Shown: piece by piece, positions 20,301 through 30,487 of the stretch
Layout of the letters: each line of letters opens with the position of its first letter
Position numbering within the stretch: the stretch's first letter is position 1
NCBI GenBank assembly: GCA_051746405.1
Contig: JBNJFB010000003.1
Coordinates: forward strand, 1 to 64,000
Direction: 5' to 3'
Source of the DNA: Campylobacterota bacterium
Lineage (GTDB): Bacteria > Campylobacterota > Campylobacteria > Campylobacterales > Arcobacteraceae
Length of the DNA stretch: 64,000 nt
Made by a program: the position numbers and the translations under genes
The notes under the pieces: generated by a model
The model's input: only the letters and a program-made list of their open reading frames with translations
Told to the model about the DNA's origin: nothing
Databases searched by the model: none

Positions 20301-21089
20301 ATGTGCAAAGATTGCGGATGTTCAATTACAGACCACCACCATCATCATGACCATGAACATACACAAAAACACTCTGGAGAAAATAGCCAGAGTCATCAAG
20401 CAGCCCATGAAACGCTTCATCATAATCCACAGTTAAATGATAGCAAAACAGTATCAGTAATAAAAAAGATTTTAGATAAAAATGACCATGAAGCAGCTCA
20501 TAATAGAGCACATTTTGATAAAAATGGTGTTTTAGGAATAAATCTTATGAGTAGTCCTGGAAGTGGTAAAACTACGCTTTTAGAACATCTTGTTGATTTG
20601 GTTGATTTTAAATATGGAGTAGTTGAGGGTGATCTTGAGACAAATAGAGATGCTAATAGATTAAAAGCAAAAAATATTAAAGCTGTTCAAATACAAACAG
20701 GAAGTGCCTGTCACTTAGATGCTTTTATGGTACATAAAGGTTTGCATGATATGCCTTTAAACCAGCTTGATGTATGCTTTGTAGAGAATGTTGGAAACTT
20801 AGTTTGTCCAGCTTCTTATGATGTGGGAACTCACTTAAATATTGTATTAGTTAGTATTCCAGAGGGTGAAGATAAAATAGAGAAGTATCCTGTGATGTTT
20901 AGAACAGCTGATTTGATTTTAATAACAAAAACAGATTTACTACCTTACTTTGAGTATGATATCAAAAAAGAGAAAGAGGCTGCAAGAAAATTAAAACCAA
21001 ATGTGGATATTTTAGAAGTAAATATAAAAGATAAAAACTCAATTCAAAAAGTTGCAAATTGGATAGAGTTTAAAAGGAGAATGAGATAA
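20301..21089 (+). CDS. hypB: Nickel-insertion GTPase HypB
   Basis: N-terminal CKDCGC, His-rich linker, SSPGSGKT, CHLDA, ENVGNLVCPA. Confidence 0.97.
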   Translation: MCKDCGCSITDHHHHHDHEHTQKHSGENSQSHQAAHETLHHNPQLNDSKTVSVIKKILDKNDHEAAHNRAHFDKNGVLGINLMSSPGSGKTTLLEHLVDLVDFKYGVVEGDLETNRDANRLKAKNIKAVQIQTGSACHLDAFMVHKGLHDMPLNQLDVCFVENVGNLVCPASYDVGTHLNIVLVSIPEGEDKIEKYPVMFRTADLILITKTDLLPYFEYDIKKEKEAARKLKPNVDILEVNIKDKNSIQKVANWIEFKRRMR

Positions 21090-21370
21090 TGTGCCTATCA
21101 ATTCCTTCAAAAATAGAAAAAATAGATGAAGATATGAATAGTTGTGTAGTGGATACTATGGGGGTGAAAAGAAGTGCTTCTTTGGATTTAATAGACCAAG
21201 AGGTAAAAGTGGGTGATTATGTACTTTTACATATAGGTTTTGCTATGAATAAAATAGATGAAGAAGATGCTTTAGAGTCCTTGAAAATATATCAAGAAAT
21301 AATTGATAAAATGGAACAAGAGGATAAACTAGCAGCCATTGCTGAGTCTGAAAATTGTCCTAGCAGGTAG
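21089..21370 (+). CDS. hypC: Hydrogenase assembly chaperone HypC
   Basis: MCLSIP and VGDYVLLHIGFA motifs. Confidence 0.96.
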   Translation: MCLSIPSKIEKIDEDMNSCVVDTMGVKRSASLDLIDQEVKVGDYVLLHIGFAMNKIDEEDALESLKIYQEIIDKMEQEDKLAAIAESENCPSR

Positions 21371-21374
21371 TATT

Positions 21375-22502
21375 ATGGAAAAAGAGTTAAAACTAAATGA
21401 CTTATACGATGGGTTTAGAAATCCAGATGCGATGAGAGCTTATTCAAAACTAATATATGAGGACTCATTAAAACTAAGTAAAAATATAAATATTATGGAG
21501 GTTTGTGGAGGGCATACTCATACTATTATGAAGTACGGAATTTCTCAACTTCTTCCCTCAAATATAAACTTTATTCACGGACCTGGATGTCCTGTATGCG
21601 TTATGCCAAAAGAGAGAATTGATAGTGCTTATGTTTTAGCAATGCAAGAAGAGGTTATATTAGTAACCTTAGGTGATATGATTAAAGTTCCAGGTAGTAA
21701 TGGAAGTTTGCAAGATGCAAGAAGTAAGGGTGCTGATGTTAGATTTGTTTACTCTCCTATGGATTGTATTAAAATAGCAAATGAAAATCCTTTAAAAACA
21801 GTAGTGTTTTTTGCAATAGGCTTTGAGACAACAACTCCAATGACATGCTCACTATTAAAAACAGTTATCCAAAAAGATATAAAAAACCTCTATTTTCATG
21901 TGAATCATGTGACAGTTCCTGAAGTAATGGAGGTTTTAGTTAAAAGCAAGGATTGTAATATTGATGCTTTTTTAGGCCCTTCACATGTTTCAGTAATAAG
22001 TGGTTCAAAAATATATGAAACTTTTCCTAAGAACTATAATAAGCCTGTTGTAGTAAGTGGGTTTGAGCCTGTTGATGTAATGCAGTCTATTCATATGTTA
22101 ATAAGACAGTTTGTGCAAAGCAGAAGTGATTTAGAAGTAGAGTATAAAAGACTTGTATCTTATGAGGGGAATATAAAAGCTCAAGAGATGATAGAAAACT
22201 ATTTGCAAAAGGTTTCATTTAAATTTAGAGGCGTTGGGGAAGTTCCTTTAAGTGGTTATGATTTAAAAGATGAATTTGATAAGTACAATGCAAAAGTAAT
22301 ATATGAAAAAATCCTACCAAAAGAGTCACCAAAAGAGAATAAAGCTTGTAAATGTCCTGATATTTTAAAAGGTGTGGCTAAACCAACTGATTGTAAGATT
22401 TTTGGAAATGTATGTACTCCTACAAATCCAGTTGGGTCTTGTATGGTAAGTAGTGAGGGTGCATGTGCAGCTTACTATAAATATGGTAATCTTTTAAGCT
22501 AG
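21375..22502 (+). CDS. hypD: Hydrogenase maturation protein HypD
   Basis: MEVCGGHTH, GPGCPVC, GFETT, CMVSSEGACAA; probable start ATG 21375. Confidence 0.96.
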   Translation: MEKELKLNDLYDGFRNPDAMRAYSKLIYEDSLKLSKNINIMEVCGGHTHTIMKYGISQLLPSNINFIHGPGCPVCVMPKERIDSAYVLAMQEEVILVTLGDMIKVPGSNGSLQDARSKGADVRFVYSPMDCIKIANENPLKTVVFFAIGFETTTPMTCSLLKTVIQKDIKNLYFHVNHVTVPEVMEVLVKSKDCNIDAFLGPSHVSVISGSKIYETFPKNYNKPVVVSGFEPVDVMQSIHMLIRQFVQSRSDLEVEYKRLVSYEGNIKAQEMIENYLQKVSFKFRGVGEVPLSGYDLKDEFDKYNAKVIYEKILPKESPKENKACKCPDILKGVAKPTDCKIFGNVCTPTNPVGSCMVSSEGACAAYYKYGNLLS

Positions 22503-22523
22503 TTAATAAAAAAGAGAGAAAAT

Positions 22524-23519
22524 ATGAAAAAAGTTACATTAGCTCAAGGAAATGGTGGAGCCGAAAATCAAGAGTTAATCTCAAAAGTTTTTTATAAAGC
22601 ATTTGAAAATGAGATATTAACAAAAAGTGAAGATTCAGCTGTAATTGAAGATGGGAAATTAGCTTTTAGTACTGATTCATTTACAGTAAGCCCTATATTT
22701 TTCAATAATGCTAATATAGGTAAGCTATCTATTTGTGGTACTTGTAATGATTTAGCAATGATGGGTGCAAAACCTAAATACTTAACTTGTTCAGTTATAA
22801 TTGAAGAGGGGTTTGAAATTGACTCTTTAGAGAAAATTGTAGATAGTATGAAAAAAGAGCTTGCTTTAAATAGTGCAATTGTTGTAAGTGGTGATACAAA
22901 AGTTGTACCAAAAGGTAGTGTTGATAAGATTTTTATAAATACCACAGGAATAGGTGAAATAAAAAGAGGTGATATAAGTTCAAATAATATCTCACAAGAT
23001 GATGTAATAATAGTAAGTCGTGATATCGGAGCTCATGGTGCAACAATATTTGCTGCAAGAGAAGAGATGGATATCTCAACCTCTTTACAAAGTGATTGTG
23101 CAAGTTTATGGCCACAGGTTAAAGCATTAATTGATTCAGATATTAAAATTACTGCATTAAGAGATGCAACAAGAGGTGGATTAAGTGCAGTATTAAATGA
23201 GTGGGCTGTTCAATCTGATATATGTATAGAGGTTCAAGAAAAAGATATTCCTATATCAAATGAAGTAAAGGGAATTTGTGAGCTTTTAGGTTTTGAAGCT
23301 ATGAGTTTAGCAAATGAAGGAACTTTTGTATTAGCTGTAAAAAAAGAAGATGCAAATAAAGCTATTAAGGTATTAAAGCAGTTTGAAAATAGTGCAAATG
23401 CATCTATTATTGCTGATGTTACAAAACAGTATGATAAGAAAGTTGTATTGTATAGCTCTTGGGGTACAAAAAGATTTTTAGAGTTACCAACGGGTGAATT
23501 ACTACCTAGAATTTGTTAA
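22524..23519 (+). CDS. hypE: Carbamoyl dehydratase HypE
   Basis: DATRGG and C-terminal LPRIC. Confidence 0.97.
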   Translation: MKKVTLAQGNGGAENQELISKVFYKAFENEILTKSEDSAVIEDGKLAFSTDSFTVSPIFFNNANIGKLSICGTCNDLAMMGAKPKYLTCSVIIEEGFEIDSLEKIVDSMKKELALNSAIVVSGDTKVVPKGSVDKIFINTTGIGEIKRGDISSNNISQDDVIIVSRDIGAHGATIFAAREEMDISTSLQSDCASLWPQVKALIDSDIKITALRDATRGGLSAVLNEWAVQSDICIEVQEKDIPISNEVKGICELLGFEAMSLANEGTFVLAVKKEDANKAIKVLKQFENSANASIIADVTKQYDKKVVLYSSWGTKRFLELPTGELLPRIC

Positions 23520-23554
23520 AACTAAGTGCATTTCTATGCACTCTTTAGTTTTTT
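23518..23554 (+). terminator. Hairpin between hypE and hypA
   Basis: AAAACTAAGTGCAT-TTCT-ATGCAC(TCT)TTAGTTTT then a T tract. Confidence 0.45.
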
Positions 23555-23590
23555 GCTTCTTTTAACAGAATTTATTAGTAGGAGATATTA

Positions 23591-23932
23591 ATGCATGAAT
23601 ACAGTATTGTTCAATCCTTATTAGAATCATGTGAAGAGCATGCTAAACAAAATGATGCAAGTGAAGTTACAAAAGTAGTAGTAAAAATTGGTGTTTTATC
23701 GGGGGTTGAGCCTGATTTACTACAAACTGCTTTTGATACATTTAAAGAACAGACTATTTGCCATAATGCACAGTTTTTGATGAATATACAAAAAATAACT
23801 ATTAAGTGTTTAGATTGTCAAAGGGAGTCTATTTTAGAAAAAAATGAGTTCTCATGTCCCTCATGTAGTAGTGTGAACATAAATGTAACTGATGGAGAGG
23901 ATATGTTTTTAATGAGCTTAGAGATGAATTAA
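23591..23932 (+). CDS. hypA: Nickel chaperone HypA
   Basis: MHEYSI and two CxxC motifs. Confidence 0.96.
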   Translation: MHEYSIVQSLLESCEEHAKQNDASEVTKVVVKIGVLSGVEPDLLQTAFDTFKEQTICHNAQFLMNIQKITIKCLDCQRESILEKNEFSCPSCSSVNINVTDGEDMFLMSLEMN

Positions 23933-24012
23933 TATTAATTTAATAATTTAAGTGATAACATGATTTAAGGCTGTTTGTTTAAAAGGCGATTTAATGTAAA
24001 AAAGAGTTCAAT

Positions 24013-25902
24013 ATGAAAAAAATAGCACTTAAAGATTTAATTTATAGAAACTATCTAAAGACATCTTTAACCTCTTTGGTTTTAATAGAGATTTTTTTGA
24101 TAGTTTTGTATTTCTCTGTTAATAATAATCTATCCAAGAAAAACATTGATTTTATGATTAATGATATATCTACGGATATAAATAAATATCTTGACTTGAG
24201 ATATGATAGTGTTTCAAAAGATTTTCAATCAATTGAGCAAAACCTAAAAATAGTTAAAAGACACCATGAAGATTTTTTTAAAAACTACGATGATATACCA
24301 ATAAAAAATGATATAAAGTTAGCAAAAGCAAAAAATCAAATTACGTATAAGCAAACAAAAAAGGGCTCTTCTGTAGCTGTATCAAATAGATTTGATTTAA
24401 CAGAAGATATTAGAAAGAAGATATTAAAAACTGAAAAATTTGATTTACTTTATGAGTCTATTGTAAAAAACAATGACAATATTGTAGCTGCATATTTTAA
24501 CTCATATGATAATATAAATAGGTATTATCCATATATAGACAATGTTTATGATGTTTTTACTCCATCCTTTGATGTTAAAAAGTTTAATTTTTATAATAAA
24601 GCAAACTTACAAAATAACCCTTCAAAAAAAGTAGTATGGACTAGTGTTTATTTGGACCCTGTTTCAAAAAAATGGATAGTAAGTGCCATTGCACCTATTT
24701 ATAATGATGGCTTTTTAGAAGGTGTGGTAGGTTTGGATATGAAAGTAAATAATATGATAAATCAATTTTTAAAAATAAATCTACCATATGAAGCTTCATC
24801 TTTTATTTTATGTGATAAAGGAAAAGTAGTAGCTATGCCAAATAGCTTGCGAAAGGTTTTTAAAATAAATGAGTTAGCTTCACAAAATGAACTAAAAAAA
24901 ATAGATAAGACAGTTTATCCACCTGGTGAGTATGATATTTTTCATCAAATAAATCAAAAGCAAGTAGATAAGTTTAAAAGAATACTAAAAGATGAACCAT
25001 ATTCAAATAGTTTATTAATTGATGACAAAGAGTATTTTGTTTTTTCTAAAAAATTAGAGAAAACACCATGGTATGTAGTATCTCTTGTACCTAAATATAA
25101 GCTATTTAAGAGTTTAAATGAGTTAAAAACACACTATGAAAACTTGGGTTATTTAGTTATTGGAACAATAACGATTTTTTATCTAATCTTTTTTGTATTT
25201 TTATATTATAAAGCAAAAGGTTTAGTTGATAGTATTAAAAAACCAATTTTTACTATTATAGATAAAACTAAGTTTATTGGCTCAAATAAAGATATTCAAA
25301 AGCTTGAAGAGAATAATATTTATGAATTAAATGAGCTTAATAAGAACTTCAATGAGATGGCACAAAAGTTAAATCAACGTACAAAGAAATTAGTTGATTC
25401 TGAAACAAAAAGGGTTTTAATTGAAAGGGACTCAAAGATAGATGCTTTAACTAAAACATACAATAGGAAGTATTTAGATGAGTACTCAAAAGAGTATATT
25501 TATAGTATAAAAGAGAACAATTTTACAATGTCTTTACTATTAATAGACCTTGATGATTTTAAGCAAATAAATGATAAGTATGGTCATGATGCAGGTGATG
25601 AGGTTATAGTTAAGTTTATTGAATATACTAAAAGTGTTACAAGAGAAGATGATGCTATTGTGAGATATGGTGGTGATGAGTTTTTGATTATTCTATCTAA
25701 TACAATAATCAAAGATGCAAAAGTAGTTGCAAATAAAATCATAAATGCAATAAATAAGAAAAATGATACTAAATATAAATTTAGTGTGAGTATTGGTTGT
25801 GCTCAAAGTAAAAGTGAAGATAAGAATCTACAAGATGTTATAAAACGAGCTGACAACTCTTTGTATGAAGCAAAAAAAAGAGGTAAGGCTCAAATTATAT
25901 AA
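24013..25902 (+). CDS. Membrane diguanylate cyclase (dCache-HAMP-GGDEF)
   Basis: TM, WTSVYLDP Cache motif, second TM, REDD I-site, RYGGDEF. Confidence 0.9.
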   Translation: MKKIALKDLIYRNYLKTSLTSLVLIEIFLIVLYFSVNNNLSKKNIDFMINDISTDINKYLDLRYDSVSKDFQSIEQNLKIVKRHHEDFFKNYDDIPIKNDIKLAKAKNQITYKQTKKGSSVAVSNRFDLTEDIRKKILKTEKFDLLYESIVKNNDNIVAAYFNSYDNINRYYPYIDNVYDVFTPSFDVKKFNFYNKANLQNNPSKKVVWTSVYLDPVSKKWIVSAIAPIYNDGFLEGVVGLDMKVNNMINQFLKINLPYEASSFILCDKGKVVAMPNSLRKVFKINELASQNELKKIDKTVYPPGEYDIFHQINQKQVDKFKRILKDEPYSNSLLIDDKEYFVFSKKLEKTPWYVVSLVPKYKLFKSLNELKTHYENLGYLVIGTITIFYLIFFVFLYYKAKGLVDSIKKPIFTIIDKTKFIGSNKDIQKLEENNIYELNELNKNFNEMAQKLNQRTKKLVDSETKRVLIERDSKIDALTKTYNRKYLDEYSKEYIYSIKENNFTMSLLLIDLDDFKQINDKYGHDAGDEVIVKFIEYTKSVTREDDAIVRYGGDEFLIILSNTIIKDAKVVANKIINAINKKNDTKYKFSVSIGCAQSKSEDKNLQDVIKRADNSLYEAKKRGKAQII

Positions 25903-25983
25903 CATACAGATATAGATTTATTTATCTTTTGTTAATTAAAAATGAATAAAATATGATTAAATAAATATTAGGGATTAATAAAA

Positions 25984-26400
25984 ATGCTATTAATGAGATT
26001 AGAATCAAAAGAGAAATTCTCTTTTTTACAACTTGCTCACTATATTGCAAGAATAGATAAAAGGTTTGGAGAAAAAGAAGAAGAGATTATAAAATAGTAT
26101 GTTGATGAAATGGGAATAGAAAACTTGAACTCTTTTGATATGGAAAACTTTTCATTAGATGATATTTTAAATGATTTTAAGTCAAAAAAAAGTCAAAAAA
26201 TTGTACTTTTAGAGATAATGATATTGGTTCATATTGATAATGATTTTGATTTAAGTGAGCAAGAGTTAATAAAAAAGATGAGTGCTAAATTTGATATATC
26301 TTTGGATGATGCTAGTGACTTTTCCCAATGGGGTAAATCAGTAGCAATGTTGTATGAAGTAGCAAAAGCATTTATAAATGAAGAAAAAAAAGCAAAATAG
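25984..26400 (+). pseudogene. TerB-like protein interrupted by an in-frame TAG at 26095-26097
   Basis: AGGGA RBS, ATG 25984, MLLMRLESKEKFSFLQLAHYIARID...EEEIIK*YVDEMG in frame with the ORF at 26110; second repeat VHIDNDFDLSEQELI. Confidence 0.7.
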
Positions 26401-26445
26401 TCTAATTTAAACTATATTAGTAATTAAGTTTGATAAAATTCATTT

Positions 26446-26646
26446 ATGGAAATAATTGAAACATTAAATACTAAACTTGATAGACTACTTTATGAGTATG
26501 AAAAATTAAAAGTTGAAAACCAAACTTTACAAGAAGAGTTGGACAACATGAAAAATGAAAATGATGAATTAATACGTAATAATCAAGATATGTTTCTTAG
26601 AATTGATAGTACATTAACATTAACAAAGGCACAAAAAGGTGAATAA
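26446..26646 (+). CDS. Short coiled-coil protein, ZapB-like
   Basis: 66-aa continuous heptad pattern, overlapping a ZapA-like gene. Confidence 0.55.
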   Translation: MEIIETLNTKLDRLLYEYEKLKVENQTLQEELDNMKNENDELIRNNQDMFLRIDSTLTLTKAQKGE

Positions 26647-26848
26647 AGAGATTACATATTATATAAACTATAGAGCTTATACTATCAATGTGGATGAGGA
26701 TATGGAAAAACAACTTACAAAATATTTAGATTTAGATAAGGATAATAATACAAAAGACTTACTCGCTGCTTATATAAGAGTTACCCAAGAGTACTTAAAC
26801 TTTAAAAAAGATGTAGAAAACATATCAGATAAACTAGCTAGATTTTAA
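26639..26848 (+). CDS. ZapA-like small protein
   Basis: N-terminal ITYYINYRAYTINV beta-hairpin pattern followed by helices and a coiled coil. Confidence 0.45.
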   Translation: MNKEITYYINYRAYTINVDEDMEKQLTKYLDLDKDNNTKDLLAAYIRVTQEYLNFKKDVENISDKLARF

Positions 26849-27283
26849 ATGACAAAAGCCTTTTCTTTATTGGAATTAATTATTGCAGTTTTAATTATCT
26901 CTATAATAACTGCTTTTATAGCTTCAAAATATACAGACTTACTAAGTAACGCAAATATCACTAAACTTAAAGCTGATGTGGCTTTAATTAGAAGTGGAAT
27001 ATCGACCTTAAAACAAGAAAAAATTTTACTTCAAGACAGTAGTGATATTACTAGTTTAGATGATGAGTCTGTTCAATCAAAAAACAAAAAACTTTTTTCT
27101 AAAATACTTAGTAACCCTTTGTTATCAACTACCACTGCTTTAAAAGAAGATGGAAAATGGTTTAAAGATAGTTCTTTTGACTATGGCTATTTTATTTCAT
27201 CAAAGGAAGTTGTTTTTTTCAAGTATGAAAACTCAATGTTTAATTGCAAGAAACCAGTATCATTATGCCAGGAGCTTTTTTAA
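26849..27283 (+). CDS. Prepilin-type (class III signal) protein
   Basis: KAFSLLELII cleavage/methylation motif followed by a hydrophobic helix. Confidence 0.85.
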   Translation: MTKAFSLLELIIAVLIISIITAFIASKYTDLLSNANITKLKADVALIRSGISTLKQEKILLQDSSDITSLDDESVQSKNKKLFSKILSNPLLSTTTALKEDGKWFKDSSFDYGYFISSKEVVFFKYENSMFNCKKPVSLCQELF

Positions 27284-29131
27284 ATGAATTATTATCAGGT
27301 CGCACTTTTAAAATCTCCTTTAGAACCACTTACTTATCAAAGTGAAGATATAATTGATATTGGTACAAAAGTTTTAGTAAAGTTAAGAAATAGAAAAAAC
27401 TTAAGTGATGCTGTTGTAATAAAAGAGGTTGAAAAGCCAACTTTTAAGTGTGTAGATATTTTTGAAATCACCAATAAGTATTTTAGTGAAAAGATGATGG
27501 AAGTAGCTAAGTTTATATCTCAATATTATGTATGTTCTATTGGTGAGTCTTTAAGTATTTATAATGCATACGATAAAAATATAAAAGCAAAAAATACAAA
27601 TGAGAGATTTGATTTTGATGTATGTTTATCAAAAAAGCAGCAAGAGGCATATGAGTTTTTAAAAGAGAAAAAACAGGGGCTACTTTTTGCAAATACAGGT
27701 TCAGGGAAAACCGAAATTTATATAAAAGCTATCCAAGAGCACTTAAATGAAAATAGACAAGCTGTTATGCTTATGCCAGAGATTTCATTAACTCCCCAAA
27801 TGCAAAAGAGACTAGAAAAGGTTTTTGGTAACAAAGTTGCTATTTGGCACTCAAAAATAACAAAAAAGAAGAAAAATGATATTTTACAACAACTTCAAGA
27901 AAATGAGATAAAACTAATAGCAGGTGCAAGGTCATCTCTGTTTTTACCATATAAAGATTTGGGAATAATTGTAGTTGATGAAGAGCATGATGATTCATAT
28001 AAAAGTGATTCTAAACCAAGGCTAAATACAAAAGATATAGCTATTTATATTGCAAAAAAGTATGACTTACAGCTTATTTTAGGAAGTGCTACTGTATCAA
28101 CTAGCTCTTTTAATAAGATTCCTTATTATAGACTTGAAGAGACTTTTTATAAAACTAAAAAGAGTTATATTTTTGATAATAGTGATTCAAATTTATCACC
28201 AAATATTATAGAAAAAGTAGCAAATGCACTAAAGCAAAAAAGTCAAATTATTGTTTTTTTACCCACTAGAGCAAATTTTAAATACCAAATTTGTACCTCT
28301 TGTGGTAAATCTGTGGAGTGTCCTTACTGCTCTGTTTCTATGAGTTTACATAAAAATGACTTGGCTTTAAAGTGTCACTATTGTGGTTATGCACAACAGA
28401 TTCCCCAGGCATGTCCTTATTGTAATACGGGTATTATTCATAATTTAAGAGTTGGAACAGCCCAAATACAAGAGGAGTTAAAAGAGATTTTCCCTAATAA
28501 AAATATACAAAGGTTTGATAGGGATGAGATTAAAACCAATAAGCAATTAAAAAAAATACTAGGTGATTTCAATGATGATAAAATAGATATTTTAGTTGGT
28601 ACTCAAATGCTATCAAAAGGTCATGACTATCATAATGTAAAACTTGCAGTTGTTTTAGGTATTGATTCAGTATTAAATATGAACTCATATAAATCAAGGG
28701 AAAAAGCTCTATCATTGCTTATTCAAATTTCAGGTAGAAGTGGTAGAAAAGGTGCTGGTGAGGTAATAATACAAACAAAAAATGAAGAGTTTTTTAATTA
28801 CTATTTAAACGAGTCTAATTATAAAGAGTTTTTGCAAAGTGAATTAGAGTTTAGGCAAGATTTATATCCACCCTATGTAAAAATAGCAAAAGTTATTTTT
28901 GCAAGTAAAAATGGACTAAGAGCGAAAGATGAGATGGATATCTATGTGAAGTTTTTTAAGAAAATAGAAGATATTGAGGTAGTTGGTTTTGGACAAAATG
29001 CTATTTTTAAAATGGCTAATAAATATCGATATGAAATTATTTTACGCTCAAAAAAAATCAACTCTTTGCTGAAAGCTTTGCATAGTATAACCTCTAGTAT
29101 TGCGGTTATTGATATGGACACTAACTTATAA
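27284..29131 (+). CDS. priA: Primosomal protein N'
   Basis: TGSGKTE, DEEH, SAT, four CxxC motifs, QISGRSGR. Confidence 0.96.
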   Translation: MNYYQVALLKSPLEPLTYQSEDIIDIGTKVLVKLRNRKNLSDAVVIKEVEKPTFKCVDIFEITNKYFSEKMMEVAKFISQYYVCSIGESLSIYNAYDKNIKAKNTNERFDFDVCLSKKQQEAYEFLKEKKQGLLFANTGSGKTEIYIKAIQEHLNENRQAVMLMPEISLTPQMQKRLEKVFGNKVAIWHSKITKKKKNDILQQLQENEIKLIAGARSSLFLPYKDLGIIVVDEEHDDSYKSDSKPRLNTKDIAIYIAKKYDLQLILGSATVSTSSFNKIPYYRLEETFYKTKKSYIFDNSDSNLSPNIIEKVANALKQKSQIIVFLPTRANFKYQICTSCGKSVECPYCSVSMSLHKNDLALKCHYCGYAQQIPQACPYCNTGIIHNLRVGTAQIQEELKEIFPNKNIQRFDRDEIKTNKQLKKILGDFNDDKIDILVGTQMLSKGHDYHNVKLAVVLGIDSVLNMNSYKSREKALSLLIQISGRSGRKGAGEVIIQTKNEEFFNYYLNESNYKEFLQSELEFRQDLYPPYVKIAKVIFASKNGLRAKDEMDIYVKFFKKIEDIEVVGFGQNAIFKMANKYRYEIILRSKKINSLLKALHSITSSIAVIDMDTNL

Positions 29132-29206
29132 ACTTAACTAAAGTATATTTAATCTTATATTAGTTAGTTTATTGTATAATCGGCAAAAATTTTAGGAGAT
29201 ATATTA

Positions 29207-30394
29207 ATGGCTTATACAAAAGAAGATTTCAAAAAATTAGTAGAAGATATTCAATCACAAGATTGGTACAAAAATCCAATAGGATTTGGTATAGCAAAAC
29301 TTGATAGAGGACAATTGAACCCTGAAAAAATACTTCAAGTAAACTATCCTTTTGTAAACTGGGAAGAGAACTATGGAAGTGCTGCAATTTTATTAGATGC
29401 ACTAAAACATGCAGGTGAAGATGTGGATACATCAAAGTCAGAGTTAGTTTGTGATATCTCTGATGAGTTTTTAACTAAAGCAATTGAAAGCTTTAGACCA
29501 TATATCCCAGAAGCAAAGGGTGAGGCTCATAAAAATGTTCAAGTTCTTTCAACATTAGCTTCATTACCTATTGATTCAGGGTTAAATGCTGATGATTATA
29601 AGGTGGTATTTATATTTGAAGAGGATGCACCACAAACTCCTGAGTCAGTATATTTAAAACTATATGCTTTATCATTAGGAAAAGCACCACTTAGATCATT
29701 AAATTTAAATGGAGCATTTGGAAAATTAGAGAACAGTGCATGGGTTGGAAATCAACCAATTGAGTTAGACTGGCTAAGAGCAAATGAGATTTCATTAAAA
29801 CTATCTGGTAAATATCCAAGTATTACAAAAGTAGATAAATTCCCACAATTTTTAGACCATGTAATTCCAGCTGATAATACAAGAGTTTTAGATACAAATA
29901 AAGTAAGATTTGGTGCACAATTAGCAGCAGGTACAACAGTAATGCCAGGTGCTGCTTATATTAACTTCAATGCAGGTACTGAAGGTGCTGTAATGGTTGA
30001 GGGTAGAATCTCTTCAAGTGCAAAAGTAGGAGCTGGATCTGATGTTGGTGGTGGTGCTTCTATTCTTGGTGTATTATCAGGAACTGATGGTGTTCCTGTA
30101 ACTATTGGAGAAAACACACTATTAGGTGCTAACTCTTGTACAGGTACTGCTATTGGTGATGGTTGTATTTTAGATGCAGGTGTTACAATCTTACCTGGAA
30201 CTAAAGTTACACTATCTCAAAAAGCAGTTGAACAACTAAAAGAGATTAATCCAGATAAAGAGATAAAAGAGCTTATGAGAGGTATGGACTTTTTAGACGT
30301 AAATGGAGTTCACTTTAGACAAAACTCTGTTACAGGACAAATTATCGCTATGAGAAGTACAAGAGAAGTTAAGTTAAACGAAGACTTACACTAA
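29207..30394 (+). CDS. dapD: Tetrahydrodipicolinate N-succinyltransferase
   Basis: VDKFP, YINFNAGT, MVEGRISS, GGGASILGVLSG hexapeptide region; TATAAT at 29175-29180. Confidence 0.93.
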   Translation: MAYTKEDFKKLVEDIQSQDWYKNPIGFGIAKLDRGQLNPEKILQVNYPFVNWEENYGSAAILLDALKHAGEDVDTSKSELVCDISDEFLTKAIESFRPYIPEAKGEAHKNVQVLSTLASLPIDSGLNADDYKVVFIFEEDAPQTPESVYLKLYALSLGKAPLRSLNLNGAFGKLENSAWVGNQPIELDWLRANEISLKLSGKYPSITKVDKFPQFLDHVIPADNTRVLDTNKVRFGAQLAAGTTVMPGAAYINFNAGTEGAVMVEGRISSSAKVGAGSDVGGGASILGVLSGTDGVPVTIGENTLLGANSCTGTAIGDGCILDAGVTILPGTKVTLSQKAVEQLKEINPDKEIKELMRGMDFLDVNGVHFRQNSVTGQIIAMRSTREVKLNEDLH

Positions 30395-30430
30395 TCAATC
30401 CTGTTTTATTAAACTCAAAAATAGAAAAAA

Positions 30431-30457
30431 AAGGCAAGAATTCTAATTCTTGCTTTT
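30431..30457 (+). terminator. Intrinsic terminator after dapD
   Basis: AAGGCAAGAATT-CT-AATTCTTGCTTTT. Confidence 0.6.
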
Positions 30458-30487
30458 ATATATAATCTCACTTTAAAAGACTAATTT

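Noticed and set aside
26095..26097. Pyrrolysine or programmed readthrough of the TAG
   Set aside because: No pyl genes in the window and no catalytic rationale; a point mutation or sequencing error is simpler.
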